DNA of 64,000 nt, from positions 6,069 to 70,068 of the forward strand of contig JALGVA010000002.1 in the NCBI GenBank assembly GCA_029820295.1, given 5' to 3'. The translations under genes were made by a program, and so were the position numbers. Source of the DNA: Candidatus Zipacnadia bacterium (GTDB lineage Bacteria > Armatimonadota > Zipacnadia > Zipacnadales > UBA5352). The notes under the pieces are model-generated. The model was given only the letters and a program-made list of their open reading frames with translations. It was not told the DNA's origin and did not search any database. Below are positions 47,187 through 57,060 of this stretch, one piece after another (position 1 is the first letter of the stretch; each line of letters starts with the position of its first letter).

Positions 47187-48467
47187 ATGAGTGAGCTGGC
47201 CCTGCTGGGAGGACAGCCGGCCGTCACCAGCCCGCCGCGCGAGCGGTGGGTGCAGGTGAATGACGAAGTCAAGAGCGCCGTCATGGGTCTGCTCGATCAG
47301 GGCATCATCACCATCTCCGGCCCGACCGGCGTGATCGGCGAGTTCGAGGCGGAGTTCGCGGCCATGACCGGCAGCCGTTACGCGCTGGCGATGAACAGCG
47401 GCACGGCCACGCTGCACAGCGCCTACTTCGCGGTGGGCGTGGGCCCCGGTGACGAGGTGCTGGTGCCCAGCTATACCTGGCACGCCAGTGCCACGCCGGT
47501 CATCCACTGCGGCGCGACGCCGGTGTTCTGCGACATCCGCCCCGAGTCGCTGACCATCGATCCCGACGATGTCGAGCGACGCATCACCGAGCGCACGAAG
47601 GCGCTGTGCGTGGTGCACGTGTTCGGCAATGTCTGCGACATGGACCGGCTGTGCGAGATCGCGGAGCGGCACGACATCGCGCTCATCGAGGACGCCAGCC
47701 ACGCCCACGGGGCGCTGTGGCGGGGCCGGCCGGTGGGCAGCTTCGGCCGCGTCGGCTGCTTCAGCCTGCAGGGCAGCAAGGCGGTCAGCGGCGGGGAGGC
47801 GGGCGTCGCGGTCACCGACGACCCGGTGCTGCTGGACCGCATGATCCTGCTGGGGCACTTCGGCCGCCCGCGCGTCGGGGCGGTGGAGGTGGTGAACGAG
47901 ATCGGCGACATGAGCCTGGGCATCAAGTACCGCGCGCACCCGTGGGCCATCGCCATGGCCCTCGTTGGCCTGCGGCGGCTGCCGGAGCTGAACAGGCTGC
48001 GCACCGCCAACTACGATTTCCTCAACGACGAGCTGCGCGACTGCCCCGGCCTGGAGGTCATCGACGCGCTGCCGGGGGCCACGCGCGGGGCGTACCTGGA
48101 GTACAAGTTCAAGCTCTCCGCCGACGCCGTGCGGGTGGCGAACCGCGAGCGTATCGTGGAGGCGATGGCGGCCGAGGGGGCGCCGGTGACCGCCGACCGC
48201 TACTCGGACCTCAACTTCACCTACGGGCTGCTGCACGCCGCGCCGCTGTTCACCAGCGTGAACCGCCGGGAGCTGGGCGGCTGCTTCTACGACCCGGCAC
48301 GGACCGAGACCCCGCCGCGGCCGTCCCTGCCGGTCGCGGAGTCGCTCAACCGGCGCCTGATCTCGCTGCCTGGCTTCACCGACGTGGAGCGCGAGTCCCT
48401 GGCCGAGGTCGCGGCGGCGATGCGCAAGGTCATGACGCACCTCGACGAGCTGGCCCGGGAGGCGTAG
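47187..48467 (+). CDS. DegT/DnrJ/EryC1/StrS PLP-dependent sugar aminotransferase
   Basis: NSGTATLH, GPGDEVLVPSYTW, IEDASHAHGA and FSLQGSKAVSGGEAG; RBS GGAGG. Confidence 0.93.
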   Translation: MSELALLGGQPAVTSPPRERWVQVNDEVKSAVMGLLDQGIITISGPTGVIGEFEAEFAAMTGSRYALAMNSGTATLHSAYFAVGVGPGDEVLVPSYTWHASATPVIHCGATPVFCDIRPESLTIDPDDVERRITERTKALCVVHVFGNVCDMDRLCEIAERHDIALIEDASHAHGALWRGRPVGSFGRVGCFSLQGSKAVSGGEAGVAVTDDPVLLDRMILLGHFGRPRVGAVEVVNEIGDMSLGIKYRAHPWAIAMALVGLRRLPELNRLRTANYDFLNDELRDCPGLEVIDALPGATRGAYLEYKFKLSADAVRVANRERIVEAMAAEGAPVTADRYSDLNFTYGLLHAAPLFTSVNRRELGGCFYDPARTETPPRPSLPVAESLNRRLISLPGFTDVERESLAEVAAAMRKVMTHLDELAREA

Positions 48468-48487
48468 ACGAAGCAGAGGTGACCGTG

Positions 48488-51400
48488 ATGGTCGCGCTGG
48501 TCAGTGTGCTGATCGTGCTGGTGTGCACCTCGGTGGCGGGGGCGGCGCCGTCGATGACCGACGAGATCGCGCCCGGCATCTACATGGCCCATGATGATAC
48601 CGGCCGGGCCTGGGGCGGCTGGACCATGGGCGTCACGCACATGAACGAGCCGACCTACCAGGCCAGGAAGGTCCTCGACCTGAGCGACCTGCCTGAGGAC
48701 GTGTGGGCGCAGGTGCGCGAGGTGCGGCTGTCCGCGTTCATGATGGTGTACGACTACTCGCCGCATGCCAACCCGCCGGTCAATGGCCTCAACGAGCAGT
48801 TCGAGGTCGTGGTCAACGGGACGGTGCACACCTACCCGACCAGCGGCGGGATGCCTCAGTACCGCGACGGGGCTCTCAACATCCCCGACTGGTACGACTT
48901 CGCGCTCCCGAAGGACGAGTTCGTGCGCGGCCCCAACGAGATCATCTTCCGCAAGGCGCCCAGTGAGGGCAACGATGACTACCTCTACATCGGCATCGAC
49001 GCCATCGCGCCGCGCGGCAACAGCTCGGTGACCTTTGACGGGGAGACCTGGACGCAGGAGAAGCTGACCGTGCCCGGCGGCAACGGCGAGTACATGGTGC
49101 GCCTCTACCTGATCACCGCCGACACGAGCTTCACCGCAACCTGGAACGCGGTGACCGGCGAGCTGAGCGACCCCGCCGGGCTGATCCTCTACGCCGGGGG
49201 GCACGGCGCCGAGGACGGGGCGCTGGCGGCGGGTCAGAACGCGCGCGTCGAGTGGCGGCCGGGAGCGCTGGACCGGCTCGAGCCCGCCACCGTCACGGTC
49301 GAGGCCGAGGGCCCGCTGCAGCTCGCGTGGCTCGACGAGGATGGCGCGCCCGGTGAGGCAGTGGCCGGGCCGACCACCGAGCTGCCCGCGAACCGCACCG
49401 ACAGCGTCTCGGGCGTCGTGGTGACGGCCGGCGAGGGCGGGGCGCGGCTGAGCCGCATCACGGTCGAGGGCGCACTGAGCTACCACCCGCAGCCCGAGCC
49501 GATCGACATGGCGCCCGTCGTCGCGACTCCTCCTCCACCCGCGCCTCGGCGCCCGCCCACCTGCGCGATGACCGACCGTGCCGCCACGCTCAGCAACGGC
49601 ACCATCCGCGCGCGCTTCGAGTTCGGCGAGCGCGTGCGCCTGGCCTCGCTCTACCACCGGCTGGCGGGCGTGGAGATGGCCCGCGTGCCAGAGGAGATCG
49701 CGCTGTTCGTGGTCGAGATCGGCGATCAGCGATACGCGGGCAGCAGCAACTTCACGCTCGCGAGGGTCGAGGCGGTCGAGGGCGGCTTCACCGCGACGCT
49801 CGAGCTGGCTGATCCCGGCCTGCGCGCGGAGCTGACCGCGACCATCGACGAGGAGGGTCTGCGACTGGGGCTCGACGTCGTCAACGGCGGCGATGAGCCG
49901 GTCGACTTCAAGCTGGCCTTCCCGCATCTGTCGGGGCTCGCGGTGTCGGCCGATCCGGCTGATGACTACTACTACTTCCCCTACGGCGGCGGCATCATCG
50001 CCGACCGGCCGGCGATCCTTCGAGCGGGCTATGGCGATCACCAGGCCCTCTACCAGCTCATCGACCTGTACTCGCCCGCGGCCGGCTGCGGGCTGTCCCT
50101 GCGCATCGATGACGATGAGGGCTGGCACAAGAACATGGCCCTGCGCAAGCACCTGCCGGGCCGGGCCGAGTCGGCGCCACACCAGCTCATCGCGCGGGTG
50201 CGCCCGGAGTACCAGTGGACCGAGGTGTCTCTGGCGCCCGTCGATGGCACGGGCATGGCCGCCGAGTACCTGCGCCGCACGCGCGCGCCGGGGGCCTCGT
50301 TCGCACCCGAGCCCGCGGTGCTGGCGGCCCACCCGGGCGACTGGCACGTCGCCATGCAGCGCTATGCCGACTGGGCGCACCGTGTCTGGCAGTGGCGGCC
50401 CTACCCGTCCCGCCTTCATGATGTGCGCAACATGATGCCCGCCGGCTGGGGGCAGGGGGTCCTGTTCCGCGACGGCGCCTATCGCACCGATTTCGTCACG
50501 CCGCGCACCGATTCGCTGGAGCTGATGAGCTGGTGGGAGTGGTCGGAGCTGGGACCCTTCGGCACACCCATGGACCGGCTCAGCGACGTCATGACCGAGG
50601 CGCAGATCGAGCGCTGGAAGCCGTACTTCGTCGAGGACCCGGTCACCGGCGAGATGATGTGGAACAACCAGCCGGGCGACTACCGCGGCTACAACGAGCG
50701 CTTCGGCGGCCTGCCCGCCTTCCGGCAGGCGATCCAGACCTATCGCGACATGGGCGTCAAGCTGGTCACGCTCTACACCGACCCCTTCCGGCTCGACCAG
50801 AACTGCGAGACCGGCCGGGAGCACGGTGAGGAGTGGGGCGTGGTGGGCGTGGATGGCGAGAAGCTGAAGAACTACCTGGTCTGGAACCCCTGTCATGATC
50901 TGCCGGCGGTGCGCGAGTGGATCGCGCGCGAGCTGGCGCGAGTGATGCGCGAGACCGGCGCCGATGGCATCCGGCTGGACGAGTACGGCCACGCCGGTTG
51001 GGCCTGCTACGATGAGACGCACCGGCACACCTACGCGGAGTTCGGTATCACGCAGTGGCAGAAGGCCGTTGCCGAAGCCACGCGCATGATCCACGAGGCC
51101 ATGGACCAGGTGCGGCCGGACCTGGTCCTCACGACCGAGCACCCCGGCTACGACTATCTGATGCAGTACCTCGAGGGCTGCATCACCTACGACCTGACCG
51201 TGCTGTCCTCGCCCATGCGGCCGCTGGAGTGCAACACCCAACGCTTCTACTTCCCGGAGTGCAAGCCCTACGAACTCGACCATCGCAGCGCCGATGTGCG
51301 CGATGTGAAGAAGTTCTGGAACGCGGTCGAGTCGTTCGAGCGCTACTGGCCGCCGAACTTCCGTGCCATCCTGAACGAGAACCAGGAAATGTACTGGCTG

Positions 51401-51916
51401 GGCGAGGCCTGGCCGCTGCTGGTCACTCCCGGCAACGCGCAGTATGTCTACGTCAACCGCTTCTCGGGCGACGGCAAGACGTTCTACCACCTCTACAACG
51501 CCACCGGCCATACCTTCGAAGGCGAGGCGCTGGCGGTCGAGCTGGCGGCGGGTGAGCACCTCTTCGACATGCTCGCATGCACCGAGGTCGAGCCCATCGC
51601 GCGCGCGGACGGGCTTGCGGGAGTGCGCCTCTACCTGGCGCGCGACGATGTGGGCTGCGTCGCGCAGCTCACGCGGCGGCTGACCGTGACGCATGCCCGC
51701 GATGCGCTGCAGGTGCAGGTCGAACTGCCCGAGGGCGAGTGCGCCCTGGTGGTCGCCAACACCGACGGTGAGGTGCAGGCGTCGCAGGCCGCGCAGGAGG
51801 GGGCGAACACCATCGACCTGTCGGGCCTGCCGGAGGACGCGCGGCCGGCGTGCGTGAAGCTGCTGCGCGACGGCCAGCTCGTGGACATCGCCGCGCTGCC
51901 GGGCCAGGGAGGCTGA
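48488..51916 (+). CDS. Large secreted GH-like protein (DUF6259-like barrel)
   Basis: Signal peptide, HPGDWH, FGGLPAFRQAI, GADGIRLDEYG and LTTEHP. Confidence 0.75.
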   Translation: MVALVSVLIVLVCTSVAGAAPSMTDEIAPGIYMAHDDTGRAWGGWTMGVTHMNEPTYQARKVLDLSDLPEDVWAQVREVRLSAFMMVYDYSPHANPPVNGLNEQFEVVVNGTVHTYPTSGGMPQYRDGALNIPDWYDFALPKDEFVRGPNEIIFRKAPSEGNDDYLYIGIDAIAPRGNSSVTFDGETWTQEKLTVPGGNGEYMVRLYLITADTSFTATWNAVTGELSDPAGLILYAGGHGAEDGALAAGQNARVEWRPGALDRLEPATVTVEAEGPLQLAWLDEDGAPGEAVAGPTTELPANRTDSVSGVVVTAGEGGARLSRITVEGALSYHPQPEPIDMAPVVATPPPPAPRRPPTCAMTDRAATLSNGTIRARFEFGERVRLASLYHRLAGVEMARVPEEIALFVVEIGDQRYAGSSNFTLARVEAVEGGFTATLELADPGLRAELTATIDEEGLRLGLDVVNGGDEPVDFKLAFPHLSGLAVSADPADDYYYFPYGGGIIADRPAILRAGYGDHQALYQLIDLYSPAAGCGLSLRIDDDEGWHKNMALRKHLPGRAESAPHQLIARVRPEYQWTEVSLAPVDGTGMAAEYLRRTRAPGASFAPEPAVLAAHPGDWHVAMQRYADWAHRVWQWRPYPSRLHDVRNMMPAGWGQGVLFRDGAYRTDFVTPRTDSLELMSWWEWSELGPFGTPMDRLSDVMTEAQIERWKPYFVEDPVTGEMMWNNQPGDYRGYNERFGGLPAFRQAIQTYRDMGVKLVTLYTDPFRLDQNCETGREHGEEWGVVGVDGEKLKNYLVWNPCHDLPAVREWIARELARVMRETGADGIRLDEYGHAGWACYDETHRHTYAEFGITQWQKAVAEATRMIHEAMDQVRPDLVLTTEHPGYDYLMQYLEGCITYDLTVLSSPMRPLECNTQRFYFPECKPYELDHRSADVRDVKKFWNAVESFERYWPPNFRAILNENQEMYWLGEAWPLLVTPGNAQYVYVNRFSGDGKTFYHLYNATGHTFEGEALAVELAAGEHLFDMLACTEVEPIARADGLAGVRLYLARDDVGCVAQLTRRLTVTHARDALQVQVELPEGECALVVANTDGEVQASQAAQEGANTIDLSGLPEDARPACVKLLRDGQLVDIAALPGQGG

Positions 51917-51920
51917 GACG

Positions 51921-54900
51921 ATGCGCAGGGCCGTGCCGAGCACCCTCATCACGTGCTCGCTGCTAATCTCCTGGACGTGCGGCGCCGCGGAGATCGACAT
52001 CTCGGCGGCGCCGCAGCCCACCGCAGACACCACCTTCCTGCTCGATTTCGAGCAGCCCGACCTGGCCCCGGTGGTGGCCGCCGGGGAGGGGGGGCCGCCT
52101 GCCGGGCAGGTCGAGGTCGCCGAGGGACACCGGGGCGTCGGCGCCGACTTCACCGGGTCGCGAGCGCTGGAGTACCCCGCGCGCGGCAACATCGACCTCA
52201 ACCAGGGGACGCTTGAGCTGTGGATCAACACCCATTGGGGCTCGCGCGGCCGCACGCGGTCGCACTACCTGGTCTCCCACCCGCTCGACTGGGGTATCCC
52301 CGGCCACATGCGCCTGTGGTACTGGGCCCCCAGCGAGACCTGGGGCGTGCTGCGCTTCGACTACCACGCGGTCAGCTCGGCCGGCGACGGCTACATCTTC
52401 GCGGCGTGGCCCGGCGATGGCTGGCACCACATCGCCGCCCGCTGGCATAGCCGTGATGGCATCGCGCTCTACATCGATGGCGTGAAGGTGGCGGAGAAGC
52501 GCGGGACCTGGGAGCCACTGCCGCCCGCCGGGGGCCTGCTGACCTTCAGCAACGCGGACAACCCGGCCGACGCCGTCATCGACGATGTGCGCATCCGCAG
52601 CACGCCCTCGTACGCGCCAGACGAGCCGGCGCTGGTGCTGGACGTGGGTGACGCCGCGATGCTTCAGGCCGACGCGGGCGCGGTCCCGGTGCGTGTGATG
52701 AACCGGCGTGAGGAGCCCGCGACGGGCGCCCTGACGGTCGCCGTGCGCGACTACTTCGGCGAGCGCGTGGCCGAGACTGTCCAGCGGCTCGAGCTTCCCG
52801 GCTTCTCCGAGCGCGTGCTCGACGTCGAGTTCCCGGTCACGCGCCCGAGCCGCTACTTCGTGGCGCAGGTATCGCTGCGCGACGGCGCCGGGGAGGCGAT
52901 CGTCGAGCGCGAGGACATCGTGACGGTCAGCGCGCTCAGCGGGCCGCGCAAGGCCATCTGCCTCGACGGCGAGTGGGAGCAGGCCGACGGCGTGTGGGGC
53001 GAGTTCACTCCGCCCGCGGACGGGTGGTCGCCGGTCGTCCTGCCGCGCAAGGAGCCCAGCTTCCCGACGCACCTGCGCTGGTACCGGCGGAGCTTCGAGG
53101 TGCCCGCAGAGATGGGCGAGCGCGTGCGGCTGGTGCCGCGGCATGTCAAGCAGCGGGCGCGCTGGTGGGTGAACGGCATCGAGGTCGGCGACAGCGAGTA
53201 CGCCTACGTGCCCTACAGCTTCGATATCACCGACGCGATCCGCCCGGGCGAGCGCAACGAGATCCTGGTGGCGGTGATGGACTGGGTCGAGTGCGCCCGT
53301 CCCGACCTGCAGGCGCATCTGGCGACCACGCACCCGGGCGACCGCGGTGGCGTCGAGGGCTGGCCCTTTATCAAGCCGTGCGGCGGCGAGGTGCTGCCGG
53401 CGGGCATCATCGAGAGCGTCTGGGTTTACGGCCACGGCGGCGTGTGGGCCTCGGACGTGGCGGTGGTAACCTCGACCCGCAACAGGACCATGACCGTGCG
53501 CGGGGTCGTGCACAATGACTCCGGCCGGCAGCGGCAGTGCACCGTCGGTAACGTCGTGTTCGACGGAGCGGAGCAGCCGCTGGCGTTACCCGAGTGGGCC
53601 GGCAATCTTCCGGGGGGACAGAGCCGGCGGTTCGAGGTCACGGCACAGTGGGATCAGCCCCGCCTGTGGTGGCCGGACGATCCGCACCTGTACCGTCTGC
53701 AGACGGATGTGCAGGTCGGTGACGCGCTTGAGGACTCAGTCAGCACGCGCTTCGGCTTCCGCGAGTTCCGGCCCGAGGGCGACGTGTTCATGCTCAACGA
53801 GGTGCCCATGCACCTGTTCGCGGCGGCGTCATGGCCGAACACGGTGCCCATGGGCTGGCCGGGCCGGGTCAGCGACCGGTGGGACGCCACGCGCGTGCTC
53901 TTCGAGTCGCTGCGCGAGGCCGGCCACGATATCTTCCGCGCCCACACCGAGCCGTGGAGCGACCTGCTGGCCGACCTGTGCGACGAGACCGGCATGATGC
54001 TGGTGACCGAGGGCGTGATGAGCTCGATCCCCGGCAAGTACAACTGGAGCCACCCGGACCTCATGCCCAACATGGAGGCGTTCTACCGCCTGTGGCCGCG
54101 CCGGGAGATGAACCATCCCGCACTGGTGATCCGCAGCATCGAGAACGAGGTCGGTTACCTGCTGCAGGAGCGCATCATGGGCGACCAGGAGACCATCGCG
54201 CGCGTGCGCGACGGCTTCGTCGAGTGCGGCCGCATCGTGCACGAGGCCGACCCGTCCCGGCCCATCATGTACGAGGGCAGCGGCCCCGTGTTCTACGACG
54301 TGGCCGACATCTACAACAACCACTATCCGGGCGACGAGTACCGCTGGGCCTGGTACCCCAACGCCTCCTGGTGGCCGGGCCGGCAGATGGACATCTACTT
54401 CACCAGGGACTGGATGTGGGACCGGCGCAAGCCGCTCTACATGGGCGAGTGGGGCTGGTTCCCCGGCGGGCAGGACCAGTTCGCGGCCTACATGGGCCCG
54501 GCGGTCTACCGCCCGGGCGTGACGCTGGGCCTCGCCAAGTCGGTGCTGTGGGAGATGGGCATCGCGGGCATGCGCTACTACGGCGTCTCGGCCAACTGCC
54601 CCTGGAACGCGCTCGAGGGCACGCGCTTCGAGCGCTTCACCACCGACCGCCCTCGGCACCGCGTCGTGCGTGAGGGCTTCGCCAAGCTGAAGGTCGCCAT
54701 CCGCGAGCGCGGCAGCGTCTACTTCGTGGGCGACGACGTCACGCGGACGGTGTCGGCGTACAATGACACGCTGCAGGTTCAGGACTTCTCGGTGCGCTGG
54801 CGCCTGCTGGTCGATGGCGCTGTGACCGACGCGGGCGAGTGGTCGGCGACCGTGCCGCCCGCAGGGACGACCCGCCGGGTCATCGTCGCCGACGTGCCGC

Positions 54901-56843
54901 GCGATCTCGACGGCGTCCACGAAGGCAGCTTCGAGGCGACGTTGCACGTCGCGGGCGAGCAGGTGTCCTCCGCCGACAGCCCCTTCCGCGTGTTCCCGCA
55001 CATCACGCGCCGGCACGATCTAAGTGTGCTGGCCGCCGGCCTGCGCGCGACCACCATGCGCGGGCTGCAGCGTCTGGGCGTCGCCGTGCGCGAGCTGGGA
55101 GAGCTGAGTGCACTCCAGGACGGCGCGATGTCGCTCATCATCGGGCCGCATGCGGGCCTCACCGCGGAGGACGCGCCCGCGCTGCGGAGCTTCGTCGAGC
55201 GCGGCGGGCAGCTCGTGGTCCTCCAGCAGATGAGCCGGCCGGCGTGGCTGCCGCTCGACGCGGAGCTTGCGGCCGATGAGCCGATGACCCGATGCTTCGC
55301 GTCCTGGCGCGACAGCCCGCTGCTGGACGGGCTGGAGGAGCGCGACCTGTCGTTCTGGCCGGACGACCACGTGGTGGCCGAGGGCGGCTGGCGGCGGCCC
55401 GAACAGGTGCGCTACCGGGCGGTCATGGAGGGCGGGGTGGGGCTGGGCCTGTCGCCGCTGGCCGAGGCGCGCGTTGGCGCCGGGCGCGTCTGGCTGGTGC
55501 ACCTGCCGCTGTGGGCCAGTACGCCGGTCAACCCGGTCACCGAGCGGGTGGGGCACAACCTGCTGGACGAACTGGGGCGCTTCGAGCCACGTCCGCCGGG
55601 CACGGTGGCGCTGCTCGACGAGCCACATGGCGACGTGGAGGCGCTGCTGGCCGACGTGGGCGCGCACCCGACGTCTCTGACCGGACGGCTGTCCGACGCC
55701 GACCTGTCCGGACACGCGTGCGTGGTCGTCGAGGCCGCGCCGGAGAGCATGGCCGAAGCGGTCGCGAACACGGAGCGACTGCGGGGCTTCGTCGCCGCCG
55801 GGGGCACCGTGTGGCTGCACGGCGTCCGGCCCGAGAGCGCCGACGCGGTGGCCGAGCTGTGCGGACGCAGTGTGCGGCTGGAGGGGCTGTTCGAGCTGCC
55901 GTTGACGCTGCTGCCGCATCCGCTGACCGCGGGCATGACCGAGGCGCAACTGCACTGGTCGGTGGACCCCGCCAACTTCCGCCCGGTCAGGGCCGACATG
56001 GTGGACTGGATGGTTGACGTCGCGGGCGGGCGCGCTGTCACTGAGCCCGCGGCGCTGGTGGAGGCGCCGCACGGCAGCGGGCGCTTCCTGATCGATCAGC
56101 TCCACTGGGAGACCGAGTTCCGCAATCGCACTCGAGCGCGCGAGTTCGTCGCCGGGTTGTGCGCCAACCTGGGCGTCGAGCTGTCCCCGGTCGAGCCGCC
56201 GGAGCCCGCAGTCACCTTCGTGGCGCACTTCGACGGCAGCGCGGTCGCCGACTACGCCGCCGGCAGGGCCACGCCGGAGCCGATCGAGGACATCGCCTTC
56301 GTCGAGGGCAAGTTCGGCCGGGCGGTGGACTTCACCGGAACCGAGGACCTGCGCTACCAGCAGCGGCTGAACCTGGATATCAACAGCGGCACCATCGAAC
56401 TGTGGTTCAACGGCAGCGCGGCGGACGACCAGATCCTCTTCCGCACCACGCCGGGCCAGTTCAACGACGCCGACTTCGTCGCGTTGTGGACCTGGCAGGG
56501 CCTGCTGCGCCTCGACCACCACTCGCTGCCGGGCGGCCTGGGCAGCGGCTACATGGTGCACAAGTTGGAGCTGTCCCCGGGCTGGCACCACATCGCCGCC
56601 ACCTGGGACCACAGCAGCGGCGCCGCGCTCTACGTAGACGGCCAGATGGTCGCCCGCAAGGAGGGCGGCTGGGAGCCCACGGAGGCCCGCTTCCGCCACT
56701 TCACGCTCAGCGCGCCGCATCGCCCCGTGACCGGGGCGATCGACGAGCTGCGCATCCTGACCTACGCGCTGACCCCCGAGCAGATCGCCGCCGACGCGGC
56801 CGCGACTGAGCCCTTCCCGGCCCCACACGACGGAGGCCCCTGA
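51921..56843 (+). CDS. GH2-like glycoside hydrolase flanked by two LamG-like domains
   Basis: ICLDGEW, PRLWWPDDPHLY, RFGFREF, acid/base SIENE, nucleophile MGEW; WHHIAA.W in both LamG domains. Confidence 0.88.
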   Translation: MRRAVPSTLITCSLLISWTCGAAEIDISAAPQPTADTTFLLDFEQPDLAPVVAAGEGGPPAGQVEVAEGHRGVGADFTGSRALEYPARGNIDLNQGTLELWINTHWGSRGRTRSHYLVSHPLDWGIPGHMRLWYWAPSETWGVLRFDYHAVSSAGDGYIFAAWPGDGWHHIAARWHSRDGIALYIDGVKVAEKRGTWEPLPPAGGLLTFSNADNPADAVIDDVRIRSTPSYAPDEPALVLDVGDAAMLQADAGAVPVRVMNRREEPATGALTVAVRDYFGERVAETVQRLELPGFSERVLDVEFPVTRPSRYFVAQVSLRDGAGEAIVEREDIVTVSALSGPRKAICLDGEWEQADGVWGEFTPPADGWSPVVLPRKEPSFPTHLRWYRRSFEVPAEMGERVRLVPRHVKQRARWWVNGIEVGDSEYAYVPYSFDITDAIRPGERNEILVAVMDWVECARPDLQAHLATTHPGDRGGVEGWPFIKPCGGEVLPAGIIESVWVYGHGGVWASDVAVVTSTRNRTMTVRGVVHNDSGRQRQCTVGNVVFDGAEQPLALPEWAGNLPGGQSRRFEVTAQWDQPRLWWPDDPHLYRLQTDVQVGDALEDSVSTRFGFREFRPEGDVFMLNEVPMHLFAAASWPNTVPMGWPGRVSDRWDATRVLFESLREAGHDIFRAHTEPWSDLLADLCDETGMMLVTEGVMSSIPGKYNWSHPDLMPNMEAFYRLWPRREMNHPALVIRSIENEVGYLLQERIMGDQETIARVRDGFVECGRIVHEADPSRPIMYEGSGPVFYDVADIYNNHYPGDEYRWAWYPNASWWPGRQMDIYFTRDWMWDRRKPLYMGEWGWFPGGQDQFAAYMGPAVYRPGVTLGLAKSVLWEMGIAGMRYYGVSANCPWNALEGTRFERFTTDRPRHRVVREGFAKLKVAIRERGSVYFVGDDVTRTVSAYNDTLQVQDFSVRWRLLVDGAVTDAGEWSATVPPAGTTRRVIVADVPRDLDGVHEGSFEATLHVAGEQVSSADSPFRVFPHITRRHDLSVLAAGLRATTMRGLQRLGVAVRELGELSALQDGAMSLIIGPHAGLTAEDAPALRSFVERGGQLVVLQQMSRPAWLPLDAELAADEPMTRCFASWRDSPLLDGLEERDLSFWPDDHVVAEGGWRRPEQVRYRAVMEGGVGLGLSPLAEARVGAGRVWLVHLPLWASTPVNPVTERVGHNLLDELGRFEPRPPGTVALLDEPHGDVEALLADVGAHPTSLTGRLSDADLSGHACVVVEAAPESMAEAVANTERLRGFVAAGGTVWLHGVRPESADAVAELCGRSVRLEGLFELPLTLLPHPLTAGMTEAQLHWSVDPANFRPVRADMVDWMVDVAGGRAVTEPAALVEAPHGSGRFLIDQLHWETEFRNRTRAREFVAGLCANLGVELSPVEPPEPAVTFVAHFDGSAVADYAAGRATPEPIEDIAFVEGKFGRAVDFTGTEDLRYQQRLNLDINSGTIELWFNGSAADDQILFRTTPGQFNDADFVALWTWQGLLRLDHHSLPGGLGSGYMVHKLELSPGWHHIAATWDHSSGAALYVDGQMVARKEGGWEPTEARFRHFTLSAPHRPVTGAIDELRILTYALTPEQIAADAAATEPFPAPHDGGP

Positions 56844-57060
56844 GCGCGCAGAGCGCCGTGACCGGTTTCATCCGCCGCGGAACCGTTCCCGCCGCAGAGG
56901 CGTCCAAGTGCCCGCAGAGGAATGCGCAGGCGGCGCGCACAGAGGAGCCTCGGTCGGCCCGCGCGAAGCCACCGGCTGAACCTCAGGAGCGTCGGCCCCA
57001 CCCGGTGGCGTGACCGCAGGGGCGCGCCGCGTTGATCTCACACGCCGGGATGTGACACCC

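Noticed and set aside
40727-52255. Very long antisense ORFs (e.g. 40727-43828 +, 44977-47190 +, 48287-52255 -)
   Set aside because: Shadow ORFs opposite real genes, expected at high GC; Arg/Ala/Gly-rich with no motifs.
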